Of a stretch of DNA of 64,000 bases, positions 1 to 8,924 are shown in pieces (position 1 is the stretch's first letter; every line of letters begins with the position of its first letter). Below the pieces are notes generated by a model. It saw only the letters and a list, made by a program, of their open reading frames with translations. It was not told the DNA's origin and ran no database searches. The DNA is from Candidatus Latescibacterota bacterium (GTDB lineage Bacteria > Latescibacterota > UBA2968 > UBA8231). The stretch covers positions 64,001 to 128,000 of the forward strand of contig CBDCXV010000002.1 of the NCBI GenBank assembly GCA_965223905.1, given 5' to 3'. A program made the position numbers and the translations under genes.

Positions 1-400
1 GTGTCTATCCTCGTCGGTTGCCCCGTCCGGGGCCTTGTCGCGGTCAAACAGCTCGGGTAGACCCATTGCGTGGCCGTATTCGTGCGCCAATACCGCCGAA
101 ATAAATGACATGCTTGAGCTGTAGGTTGAAGTGATGACGATTTCGATTCCCACCCCATCGACGGTCAAATCACTCAGACTAGAGGCGTAAAAGACCGTCC
201 CGTTGGGACACCTTTGATGGTCTGTTGGACGTCCAAAAGCTCTTGGAAGGACCACCATGACCATGTCGACCATCATATCACGCGGAGTTTCGCTATCATA
301 GACTTGGGCGTTGAAGTCCACAGAACCTTCTGCGTTGCGAATTACTTCCTTAACAAATGTTAACTGGCCGTTGTACCATCCCTCGCATTCATCCCCCATG
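1..400 (-). pseudogene. M6-family (immune inhibitor A-like) zinc metalloprotease, internal fragment; runs off the window's left end
   Basis: Manual minus-strand translation gives ...FVKEVIRNAEGSVDFNAQVYD...VDMVMVVLP...SAVLAHEYGHAMGLPELFDRD (HExxH plus GLPxLxD, typical of M6). The N-terminus is replaced by ISL3 sequence. Not in the ORF track because no stop lies in the window. Confidence 0.7.
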
Positions 401-713
401 CTGACCCGGGCCGACGGGGCCGCCCAGGGAACCTCCTCGACGCGACGGCCGTGGGTCGGGCAGCGGATCTCCCGAGGGGCGTGGTGCAACCAGAGGGTAC
501 GGCCGCAAACGCGGACGTCGCGCCAGCGGCGGAACTCCATGACCTGTACGATCTTGCCGCGGAAAGCCCACACTGGGGACACCGGCACCCGTTCCTTTGG
601 GGCTTCACCGCGACCACGACGGCCGCTTCCTCCCCGTGTCCTTCGAACCACACGCCCACAGCGCGAAATCCCTTGAATTGGAACAGCTTGGAGACGAACT
701 TCATAGCGGTCAT
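400..713 (-). mobile_element. ISL3-family transposase N-terminal fragment (frameshifted, truncated)
   Basis: MTAMKFVSKLFQFKGFRAV...RCPQCG, then after a frameshift near 563 GKIVQVMEFRRWRDVRVCGRTLWLHHAPREIRCPTHGRRVEEVPWAAPSARV, matching the ISL3 zinc-finger region. Confidence 0.75.
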
Positions 714-789
714 AGGCCGCCTTCCCTTCCCTTTCCTGGGGAGTGCTTGATGGGGATACACCAAGCATAGGGAACGACCTATGGCCTTG

Positions 790-1122
790 TCATGTACTCA
801 GGTTTCGGCGTTGAAAAACCCGGATAGACCCGAGATTTATCGGATTGGGGCAGGAGCGGTAGACCGAATAGTAATAACCCCTGTTACCACTGGCCCCACA
901 CCGTCGCTTAACCGTCCGACCGTCCGATGGATTTGTCCTCTGGCGAAGTAACTTTAGCCAAAATTCCGTTATCCGATCCCCGTTATGGCCGTAGGTGATT
1001 TCGTCCAAAAAGGCGCTGCGATTATTAGATCGAGCGACCAAGTAGTAGGTTGGTTTGGCCCGAACAAGGAACCCCGCCAATATGCCCTTGTCAATACCAA
1101 TACCTAAAATTTTTGGGAGCAA
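790..1122 (-). CDS. hypothetical ORF, possibly the decayed target of the sigma54 promoter
   Basis: AT-rich 110-aa ORF directly downstream of the sigma54 site; no recognisable motif. Confidence 0.25.
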   Translation of the reverse strand: MLPKILGIGIDKGILAGFLVRAKPTYYLVARSNNRSAFLDEITYGHNGDRITEFWLKLLRQRTNPSDGRTVKRRCGASGNRGYYYSVYRSCPNPINLGSIRVFQRRNLST

Positions 1123-1231
1123 AAATATCCCCCCTTGCCCCCTTTATCTCTGCTATGGGCGCCTACCTCTCCTATCCGTAGATCACCGGGTTCGGGCGCG
1201 CTGTACCCTCCCTGCTTGTTAAGATCCGGTT

Positions 1232-1248
1232 TGCAAATTCTGTGCCAA
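1232..1248 (-). promoter_or_regulatory. sigma54 (RpoN) -24/-12 promoter
   Basis: Minus strand reads TTGGCACAGAATTTGCA, with exact GG-N10-GC spacing. Confidence 0.75.
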
Positions 1249-1326
1249 TTTTTTTGAAAACAGACTAACATATAGTATATGCGGGAGTTATATCGTATGT
1301 GGGTTTCCTGGCAAGATTTCGGGAAG

Positions 1327-1480
1327 TGTTTCAAAATGCGACACGCCCATCCCGCCCGACGACCGAATGCCCTGTTGCGGGGAGACTTCAACTGTAAGTT
1401 TTTGAACAAGTTACAGGAAATATTCGGAGAGGGGACGGGGAATGTGTCGCATTTTGGAACACGAGTCGCATTTTGCGACA
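1327..1480. promoter_or_regulatory. three palindromic enhancer-binding-protein-like sites (TGTCGCA-N3-TGCGACA consensus)
   Basis: TGTTTCAaaaTGCGACA at 1327-1343, TGTCGCAtttTGGAACA at 1445-1461, AGTCGCAtttTGCGACA at 1464-1480; 80-230 bp upstream of the sigma54 site. Confidence 0.6.
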
Positions 1481-1920
1481 GTCCTCACGCATTGGGGATC
1501 ACCGCATCGATCCCCTCGACGCGCAGGCAGTCTCGACCCTCGATGGGGCCGAACGCCACGCCGATGCGGTTCTCTCCCTGGACGACCGGTCGCGGCAGGT
1601 CACTCGTAGGTGCCGGCCGGCCTGCCTGAAGTACCAGCGTCCGCGCCGGAAATCCATCTCGAACCCGTCGACGCCGCAGGGCTCGCAGCTCGCAGGTCTC
1701 CGGGATCAGGCCGAGCTTGCGCTCGCGCACCTCTTTCGGATAGAGAGGTACGGGAAAGGACTGTTCCAGTACATCCTTTCCAGATATTCGGGAACTTCGT
1801 TTGCAGTTTCGGAAGGGGGCGCCCAAGCCCCTTTGAAGGCGGACCGTCTTCGTCCGTGAGCCGGTTCCAGATTCCCGAACCCGACTTCCGGAGAAAAGAC
1901 CTTTCCGATGAGGATCGTCG

Positions 1921-2061
1921 CTGACCCCCGGGGCCGATTACCGGGCCCTGGTCGGGAACGCCTATGACCGGTGCGCGCTGGGGTACGCGAGGCAGCGGTC
2001 CCCCACTCCCGGACCAGAACTCGGCCTGATCACCGAGGACCTGGAGCCTGGTTCTATATAG
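1921..2061 (+). pseudogene. class I SAM methyltransferase N-terminal stub
   Basis: ADYRALVGNAYDRCALGYARQRSPTPGPELGLITEDLEPGSI*; stops just before the expected VLDxGCG motif. Confidence 0.45.
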
Positions 2062-2085
2062 TTCCCGGATTCTTCTGAAGTAAAC

Positions 2086-2182
2086 CTAGCAGCTGAAGGC
2101 GTAGCCGATGCTCCCCTTGGCCGAAGCCGCCCCGGAAATCATCCCGGATTCCCCGTCGCGGCGGATCGCCAGCACCTTTAGA
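2086..2182 (-). pseudogene. gamma-glutamyltransferase-like C-terminal stub
   Basis: KVLAIRRDGESGMISGAASAKGSIGYAFSC* resembles the GGT C-terminus (AIxxDxxxGxxxGAxxxR..GYA). Confidence 0.4.
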
Positions 2183-2445
2183 ATGACAATGAGCGAATCC
2201 GGCATGTCCATTATTGTCGCGGCTCTTCCTGGGGAGCGGGAGACCAAGTCAGATTCTTGCTCCCACCAGGCCCTCAGTGCCTGCTCGTTCTCCTGCCTCA
2301 ACCGTGCCATTCCACTCGAATCGTCGTCTATACCTGCGAGCAGCTTACTCGGGCTCACCTGCCCTGTATTGTCGTAGCGAACGTAGTGGTAGTATCCTGT
2401 GATCGGATGCTTCACCACGTACCCATTCGGAGTGGATAGATAGTG
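2183..2445 (-). pseudogene. M6 metalloprotease N-terminal pro-region fragment
   Basis: HYLSTPNGYVVKHPITGYYHYVRYDNTGQVSPSKLLAGID...PDSLIVIL resembles the TxDGYxxxxxxxGYxxYA pro-domain of M6 proteases; AT-richer than the flanks. Confidence 0.5.
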
Positions 2446-3364
2446 GCGCCCGGCTCCTTGTGCCCCGGGGCGTGGTCGGGCACGCACATGTGCTGGTACC
2501 CCACCTCCTTCAGCGCCTGCATGTTGCGGTGCATGTTCATCACCCCCTCGTCGGGCCAGACCTCCTGGGACTTGTTGCGGCCGCCGACGATGTTGCGGAA
2601 GTGGCAGAGGAAGATCTTGCCGCGGCTTCCGAAGTAGCGGATGATCTCGGGCACCTCGTTGCAGGGATCGGTCGAGGCCTCGGCCATGCAGCCCAGGCAG
2701 AGGTTGACCCCGTAGTAGTCGCTGGGGACGATCTCGATGAAGCGCTTGAACCCCTCGGGCCCGCCCAGGACCCGGTCCACGCCCCGGTACCCGGGCGGCA
2801 GCCAGGGGTCGCACGGGTGGCAGGCCATGCGCACCCGGCACTCCTCGGCTACCGGGATCACGCGCTCGAGGAAACAGGTGATCCGTTCCCAGTTCATCTC
2901 CGCGGTGACCGGCTTGTCGAAGCGCGGCCCGCGGTCCTCGCCTGCTCGAGATCCCAGGTGCTGTACACGGAGTTGCCGCGCCCGGGAGGGGTGCTCTCGG
3001 TGCGCTGGTTCTCCATGGCGCACAGGTAGTACTTGACCGCGGGGATGCCGGCCTCGGCGGCCTGGCGGAGCATGTTGCAGACCAGCTCGATTTCCCGGTC
3101 CCCTGCCTCGCGGTTGCCGAGCATGTAGTCGGGGACCTCGCCGCCGGAGGCGTTGAGCCGGGCGATCGGGATCGCCACCATCTCCATGTCGATGCCGAAG
3201 CGGGCGCACTTTTCCTTCTTCTGCTTCAGCTCGGCGACGTCCCAGCCGTATTCCCGGTGGAAGGTGATGAAGTTCTCGTTCTTGTTGAACACCCCGTGGC
3301 GCGCGAGGTATTCGAGGTCTTCGTCCGAGGTGTTGAACTGCTGCGTCCCGACGTGCATCTGCAT
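2446..3364 (-). pseudogene. uxuA: mannonate dehydratase (UxuA-like), frameshifted near 2938 and C-terminally truncated
   Basis: N-half is ORF 2894-3364. The C-half is in another frame: FLERVIPVAEE..MACHPCDP..NLCLGC..HFRNI..PDHAP. It ends abruptly at the M6 fragment. Confidence 0.75.
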
Positions 3365-3382
3365 CCTCCTTTGCTTGTCCGG

Positions 3383-4711
3383 TCACTCCCTGCTTCTCCG
3401 CCGCCGCCGCACGGCCCGCTGCATCAGCTCCTTCATCGGGGTCTGCAGATCGCGGCCCACGAGCCTCCTGCTCGCGACCCAGCCGGCGACGAACAGCAGC
3501 TGCGTCCCTGCCAGGTACCAGTGCGTCGCGGCGACGGCACTCGATTCGATCTCCAGCGTCGATACCCGGTCGAACAGCAGCCCTCCGGCCAAACCGCCGA
3601 GCCCGGAGGCCCAGGCGAGAACGAAGTTGGGCACGGCGAACCCCTCCCCCTGGTGCCGCTGCGGCGCCGCATCCATCATCGCCCGCGTCTGGCCGAAGGT
3701 GTAGCCGGCGTGCAGCATCCCCCAGACCAGGAAATAGACCGCGGCCCACGCGGTCAGCGGCCCCGTCCGGGAGGGCAGCATCAGCCAGGCCCCCCCGAGG
3801 GCGGCCATCAGCAACAGCGACGCGGTCAACGCCGGCCGGCTGCCGTGCCTCTCGACCAGCCGCCCCCACAGGTAGAGCGTCAGCAGCTCGCCGGCCCCCA
3901 TCAGCGAGAGCATCCAGACGTAGTAGTTGACCGGCAGGCCGCGCTCGGTCAGCGCCACCACCCAGAACGGCAAGGTCGCGGTCTCGACGAAGCAGGTGAT
4001 GCCGAAACAGCCGCAGTAGCGGCGGATCGCCGGCTCCCGCAGGACCTCGGCGAGCCGCTTCCAGAGCGCTTCCCGCGGGCGCGGCAGGGGCTTCTCGGGG
4101 ACCCGCATCACTGCCCGGCTGCTGGCAACCACCAGAATCAGGGCGAGCGCGAAGGGCAGGGCGAAACGGCTGGGGTCCGGCTGCGTGCCGAGGTACCAGC
4201 CGGCGAGCAGGGGCACGCCGAGGGTGCAAAGCCGCTGGGTCGTGCGCATGCGGGTGATGAAGGAGGCCAGCCCCGACTTCGGGGTGTTGTCCTGGACGAG
4301 GGGCCACCAGGCGCTGCCGCCGACCTGCACCATCGACTGGCGCAGGACCAGCAGCCCGAGGGCGGCCCAGGCGATTCCGGGGCCGGCGTGGAGCGCCAGC
4401 GGCACCAGCAGCAGCAGGAAGAAGCCGCTGGCGAGACGGGCCGTTCCCATCAGGCGCGCCTTGCCAAACCGCGGCATCAGCTTCACTCCTATCAGGCGGG
4501 AGGTGTTGCCGATACTGGTCGCCGTCGCCAGCAACCCGATCAGGAAGGGGCCGACTCCCAGCGCGAGCAGGAACAGCGGTCCGCTCTGCATCATGAAGGC
4601 GCCGACCGTCGACCCGGTGGCGAGGTACTGCAGCAAGCGCCGCTGTCCGCGCTCGCCGGCCTCGCGCGCCGCGCGCTGCTCTTCCCTGGTTCCGGTCGTT
4701 CGCTGCGACAT
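3383..4711 (-). CDS. MFS transporter
   Basis: 442 aa, about 12 hydrophobic segments, WGRLVERHGSR loop motif. Confidence 0.85.
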   Translation of the reverse strand: MSQRTTGTREEQRAAREAGERGQRRLLQYLATGSTVGAFMMQSGPLFLLALGVGPFLIGLLATATSIGNTSRLIGVKLMPRFGKARLMGTARLASGFFLLLLVPLALHAGPGIAWAALGLLVLRQSMVQVGGSAWWPLVQDNTPKSGLASFITRMRTTQRLCTLGVPLLAGWYLGTQPDPSRFALPFALALILVVASSRAVMRVPEKPLPRPREALWKRLAEVLREPAIRRYCGCFGITCFVETATLPFWVVALTERGLPVNYYVWMLSLMGAGELLTLYLWGRLVERHGSRPALTASLLLMAALGGAWLMLPSRTGPLTAWAAVYFLVWGMLHAGYTFGQTRAMMDAAPQRHQGEGFAVPNFVLAWASGLGGLAGGLLFDRVSTLEIESSAVAATHWYLAGTQLLFVAGWVASRRLVGRDLQTPMKELMQRAVRRRRRSRE

Positions 4712-4741
4712 CAGTCCGCGGGCTGCGGTTCCTTTCCGGAT

Positions 4742-4820
4742 CTAGTGCCTACGCGCAATTCCGCGTTAATCCGGCCGCCCTCGTTCGTTCGTACGCTTAC
4801 TTGCGCGCGCAGGGTACCAG
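4742..4820. repeat. short inverted-repeat element (MITE-like), copy 1
   Basis: CTAGTGCCTACGCGCAATTCCGCGTTAATCCGGCCGC...TTGCGCGCGCAGGGTACCAG; homologous to 40072-40131. Confidence 0.6.
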
Positions 4821-4951
4821 GCGGCCCGGAGGAGGGTCCGTGGCATCACCAACAGGCGGACTGACGGGCAGCGTGGTCTCATCGTCAGCGGTCTCGCGAG
4901 CAGCTTGAATCCTGGTCCTGGTGTTTCCACCCGTCCGGATTCCGGCGCCGC

Positions 4952-6553
4952 TCAGGAGCTGCAGGAGAGCATCGAGCAGCCGGCGCGGTGCCGCGCCCAC
5001 TCCGGCCGTTTCTGCGCGAACTCCGCTTCTCTATCCGGCTGCTCGTCGTACGGCCTCCGCATCACCTCCAGCAGCTCTGCGACCTTGGCGAACTCCCCGG
5101 CCTGGGCCTCGTCGATGGCGAGCTGGGCCAGGTAGTTGCGCAGGACGTACCTGGGATTGACGGCGTTCATGCGCCGGCGCCTCTCCGCGACGGGGAGGCA
5201 ATCGCGGGCACAGCGGCGCAGATAGCTGCGCAGCCACTCCGCGGTGCGATGAAGGGGGTCCCCGTACAGCTTTTCACGCTCGTAAGAGGCCTCGGAGACG
5301 CAGGCGATCAGCTCATCGTCGGTGGCTTTGTCCGGGGAGGCGTCGAGGTCGGCGAGGCCGCGGAAGAACAGGGTCATGTCGGTCTCGACCAGTTGCAGCA
5401 CCTCCTCCAGCTCCTCGATCAGCCCGGGGTCGGTATCGGCATCGAAGGCGCTCAGCCCCAGCTTGCCGGCCATCATCTCCCGGTATTTCCCCTCGTACGC
5501 CTGCGGGTAGGAGTCGAGCAGCTCCTGCAGCGGCTCCACCTCGTCGAGCAGGGGCACCAGGGCGCGCGCCAGCTGTCCGAGGTTCCACCAGGCGATCTGC
5601 GGCTGGCCGCCGAACCGGTAGCGCCGGCCGCCGGCGTCGGTCGTGTTCGGGGTCCAGCCGGGGTCGTACCCCTCGAGCCACCCGTACGGACCGTAATCGA
5701 TGGTGAGCCCGAGGATGGACATGTTGTCGGTGTTCATGACGCCGTGGACGAACCCGACCCGCATCCAGTGGGCGATCATCTCCGCGGTGGTGCGGCAGAC
5801 TTCGTCGAACATCCGCAGGTAGACTTCCGGGGAAGGGGCTCCGAGGTGGGGAAAGTCGGTGCGCACGGTGTAGTCGGCGAGCTGCTTCAGCACCGCGGTC
5901 TCGCCGCGGGAGGCGAAGATCTCGAAGTTGCCGAAGCGGGTGAACGAGGGGGAAACGCGGCAGACGACCGCGCCCGGCTCGTTCTCCGGGTTGCCGTCGT
6001 AGAACATGTCGCGCACCACCTCCTCCCCGGTCGCCACCAGGCTCAGGGCCCGCGTCGTCGGCACCCCGAGGTGGTACATCGCCTCGCTGCAGAGGAACTC
6101 CCGGACCGACGAGCGCATCACCGCGAGGCCGTCGGCGCCGCGCGAGTACGGCGTCGGTCCGGCCCCTTTAAGCTGCAGGACCCAGCGCCGGCCCCCCTCG
6201 CCGGTAACCTCCCCGAGGTTGATGGCGCGCCCGTCCCCGAGCTGGCCGGCCCAGGTGCCGAACTGGTGGCCGCCGTAGCACATCGCGAACGGGTCCATGC
6301 CCGCGGTGAGGTCGTTGCCGGCAAAGGTCCGGGCGAACTCCTGCGAAGCGACGAAGCGGTCGGAAAGGCCGAGCTCGGCCGCCATCTCGCGCGAGTGCGC
6401 GACCAGCCGCGGCGCCCGCACCTGCACCGGCCGCACCCGGGAGTAGCAGGCCCCCGTCACCTGGCGGCGGAAATTCGCCGGCTCCGGGTCGCCGGGAAGC
6501 TCGCGGGTGAAGCGGTTGTCGAAGGTCAGCTCGTCGAGGGTCATTCCGTTCAT
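4952..6553 (-). CDS. selO: protein adenylyltransferase SelO/YdiU
   Basis: YGGHQFG..AGQLGDGRA, QLKGAGPTPYSR.ADG, GFVHGVMNTDN, IDYGPYG, C-terminal CSMLSCSS. Confidence 0.95.
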   Translation of the reverse strand: MNGMTLDELTFDNRFTRELPGDPEPANFRRQVTGACYSRVRPVQVRAPRLVAHSREMAAELGLSDRFVASQEFARTFAGNDLTAGMDPFAMCYGGHQFGTWAGQLGDGRAINLGEVTGEGGRRWVLQLKGAGPTPYSRGADGLAVMRSSVREFLCSEAMYHLGVPTTRALSLVATGEEVVRDMFYDGNPENEPGAVVCRVSPSFTRFGNFEIFASRGETAVLKQLADYTVRTDFPHLGAPSPEVYLRMFDEVCRTTAEMIAHWMRVGFVHGVMNTDNMSILGLTIDYGPYGWLEGYDPGWTPNTTDAGGRRYRFGGQPQIAWWNLGQLARALVPLLDEVEPLQELLDSYPQAYEGKYREMMAGKLGLSAFDADTDPGLIEELEEVLQLVETDMTLFFRGLADLDASPDKATDDELIACVSEASYEREKLYGDPLHRTAEWLRSYLRRCARDCLPVAERRRRMNAVNPRYVLRNYLAQLAIDEAQAGEFAKVAELLEVMRRPYDEQPDREAEFAQKRPEWARHRAGCSMLSCSS

Positions 6554-6592
6554 CTGCCAGTCCGTGGTTTGGGTTTGCAAGGGCGGGGCACC

Positions 6593-7792
6593 TCACCCGG
6601 GGCGCCGCGGGATCACGGGCAGCAGCCCGAGCAGCCCTGCGGCGAGCGACACCGCGGCCAGCAGGTAGAACACCGCTGCCAGGGACGACGCCTGCGCCAG
6701 GTACCCCGAGACCACCGGGCCCGCCAGCATTCCGGCGGCGTAGATCGCCTGGTAGATCCCCATTCCGGTGGCGCGGTCCTCGGGGGCGACCGCCCGCAGG
6801 CTGAGGGAGATCAGCAGGGTGTTGACGATTCCGCGCGCCATCCCTCCCATCCCCTGCAGGGCCATCAGCAGCCACACCGAGGCGATCCCGGGAACGACAA
6901 CCAGGCTGGCGCCGACGAGGCCGGAAGCGAGAAACAGGGCCGCGCGAATTCCGCAGCCGCGGGCGATCCGCGTCGCCGCCATGGTGCCGAGGAGCTGGCC
7001 GATCAGCATGGCCGTGGTGACGTACCCCACCTCGGCGTCGCTGGCGCCGATGCGCTCCGCGTACAGGGGCACGAACCCGAAGCTCCCCGCAAAGGTAACG
7101 AACTGCGCGAGAATGCCGATCGCCCCGGCGAGCAGCAGCAGGGGGATGCGCGCCACGCGCCGGAAGGTCGCGGCCGAGTACGAGCCTGAGCGGATCTGCC
7201 GGGGTTCGCGCGCCAGCAGCATCAGCACCGTGCCGCAGGCGCCGCAGGCCGCGGCGGTGTAGAAGGCCGCGTCGGCGCCGAAATACTCGGAGATCAGCCC
7301 CCCGCTGAAGGTCGCCGCAAGCAGCCCCACCGAGTTGATCGTCATCACCCGGGCCATGGCGTGTCCGCTGCGGTCGGCGGCGTAGTACGAGGAGAACAGC
7401 ACGCTGACCGCCACCCAGCCGGCGCCTCCGACCCCGACCAGGGTGCGGGCGGCGAACAGGGACCACGGACCGGGGGCCAGGGCCAGCCCGACCGCCCCGG
7501 CGGTGGCGCAGGCCAGGGCCGCGGCGGCGAACGGCTTGCGGCGCCCCAGGATATCGGCGGCCACCCCTATCGGGATGCGCAGCAGCAGCTGGGCGATGGC
7601 GTAGGAGGAGACCACGAGGCCGACCATCGACAGGTTGGCGCCCAGCTCCTCGGCGTGCAGGGGGAAAACCGGAACGTAGATGTACAGCGACAGCCAGAAG
7701 GCGAAGGTCGCGGCCGCGACGAGCACCACCGATCTGCGGTCGAACGGGGCGCGGGCGGCCGCGGGCGCTTGCGCGGCGTCGCTTCCCGCCAC
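6593..7792 (-). CDS. MFS transporter
   Basis: GVAADILGRRK motif A, about 12 TM segments. Confidence 0.88.
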   Translation of the reverse strand: MAGSDAAQAPAAARAPFDRRSVVLVAAATFAFWLSLYIYVPVFPLHAEELGANLSMVGLVVSSYAIAQLLLRIPIGVAADILGRRKPFAAAALACATAGAVGLALAPGPWSLFAARTLVGVGGAGWVAVSVLFSSYYAADRSGHAMARVMTINSVGLLAATFSGGLISEYFGADAAFYTAAACGACGTVLMLLAREPRQIRSGSYSAATFRRVARIPLLLLAGAIGILAQFVTFAGSFGFVPLYAERIGASDAEVGYVTTAMLIGQLLGTMAATRIARGCGIRAALFLASGLVGASLVVVPGIASVWLLMALQGMGGMARGIVNTLLISLSLRAVAPEDRATGMGIYQAIYAAGMLAGPVVSGYLAQASSLAAVFYLLAAVSLAAGLLGLLPVIPRRPG

Positions 7793-7794
7793 CC

Positions 7795-8823
7795 TCAGAG
7801 GCCCGGGGGTTCGACCGCGACCTCGGTGCCGGAGGCCGAAGCGGCGCGGGCGGCGTCGGCGACCGCCTGCACCCAGTAGCCGCTCTCGGCGTCGCAGACC
7901 GGTTTCTCACCCGACTGCGCGGCCGCGGCGAAATCCTCGACCATCGGCAGGTCGAACAGCTTCTCCGGCAGGGGCTCCACGGCGATCCGCTCGGTCCCCT
8001 CCGGCAGCTCCAGGAGCAGGTGATCGGCATTGAGCTCCAGCGGGTCGATCAGGATCCTGCCCCGGTCCCCGTCGATCTGGGCGAAATCGTGGCGCGGCGG
8101 CGAGGTCAGGATCGTCGAGTGCATGCCGATCCCGCCCTCCTCGAAGCGCACGATCAGGGCGTCGGTGTCGTCGACCGGCCAGTCGTGGTCGACCGTGCCG
8201 ACCGCGGCGCTCACCGACCGCGGCCGGCCGCCGAAGTTCAGCAGCACCTCGATGCGGTGGGAGGCCATCTCCATCATGGCGCCGCCGATGCCCGGCTCGA
8301 TCCGCCAGTCCCCCGGTTGCGGGTCCCAGCGGCCGCTGTAGTGGGTGCGGGCGAAAACCACCCGGCCTATGCGCCCCGCGGCGATCAGACGCTTGGCGGC
8401 GACCACCTGCGGGCAGGTGCGCCGGCGGTAGGCGACCGCCAGGGTGACGCCGTTGTCCCGGCAGGCGGCCATCATCTCCCGGCACTCGGCGGCGTCCCTC
8501 GCCATCGGCTTCTCGCAGAGCACGTGCTTTCCGTGCTCCGCGGCGAGGCAGGTGTAGTCGCGATGGGTGTCGGTCGGCGTCGAGACAATGACGGCCTGCA
8601 CCTGCTCGTCGCGCACCAGCTCGGCGGCCGAAGCGTAGGCGCGCGGGCCGCCGAAGCGGGCGGCGAAGGCCCGGGCTGCCGACAGGTCGCGCCGGCAGAC
8701 GGCGACCAGCTCGGTCCGTTGCGACGCCAGCAGAGACGGCCCGAACGAGCTCTCGGCTATGGAGCCGCAGCCGATGATTCCGAATCTCACGGTGTTTTTG
8801 CTCCGGGGATGGTGGGGGTCCAT
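7795..8823 (-). CDS. Gfo/Idh/MocA-family oxidoreductase
   Basis: FGIIGCGSIA Rossmann motif, GKHVLCEKPMA. Confidence 0.92.
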   Translation of the reverse strand: MDPHHPRSKNTVRFGIIGCGSIAESSFGPSLLASQRTELVAVCRRDLSAARAFAARFGGPRAYASAAELVRDEQVQAVIVSTPTDTHRDYTCLAAEHGKHVLCEKPMARDAAECREMMAACRDNGVTLAVAYRRRTCPQVVAAKRLIAAGRIGRVVFARTHYSGRWDPQPGDWRIEPGIGGAMMEMASHRIEVLLNFGGRPRSVSAAVGTVDHDWPVDDTDALIVRFEEGGIGMHSTILTSPPRHDFAQIDGDRGRILIDPLELNADHLLLELPEGTERIAVEPLPEKLFDLPMVEDFAAAAQSGEKPVCDAESGYWVQAVADAARAASASGTEVAVEPPGL

Positions 8824-8924
8824 TTCTGAGCCTGTTTCCGGTTTCATGGTCAGTACTCGAAGTTCAGGTGCGAGCATGGTACGTTCGCGACTGTGTAGTG
8901 GAAACTCAAACAAAAGGATGTTTC

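Noticed and set aside
1485-1826. Possible glycoside-hydrolase C-terminal remnant as a stand-alone feature
   Set aside because: Only a vague resemblance to the tail of 48766-50364; not enough to call
4952-4963. SelO ending Cys-Ser-Ser-TGA as a possible Sec readthrough
   Set aside because: CSS-stop is the usual bacterial SelO C-terminus, and the Cys already occupies the position that is Sec in eukaryotic homologs
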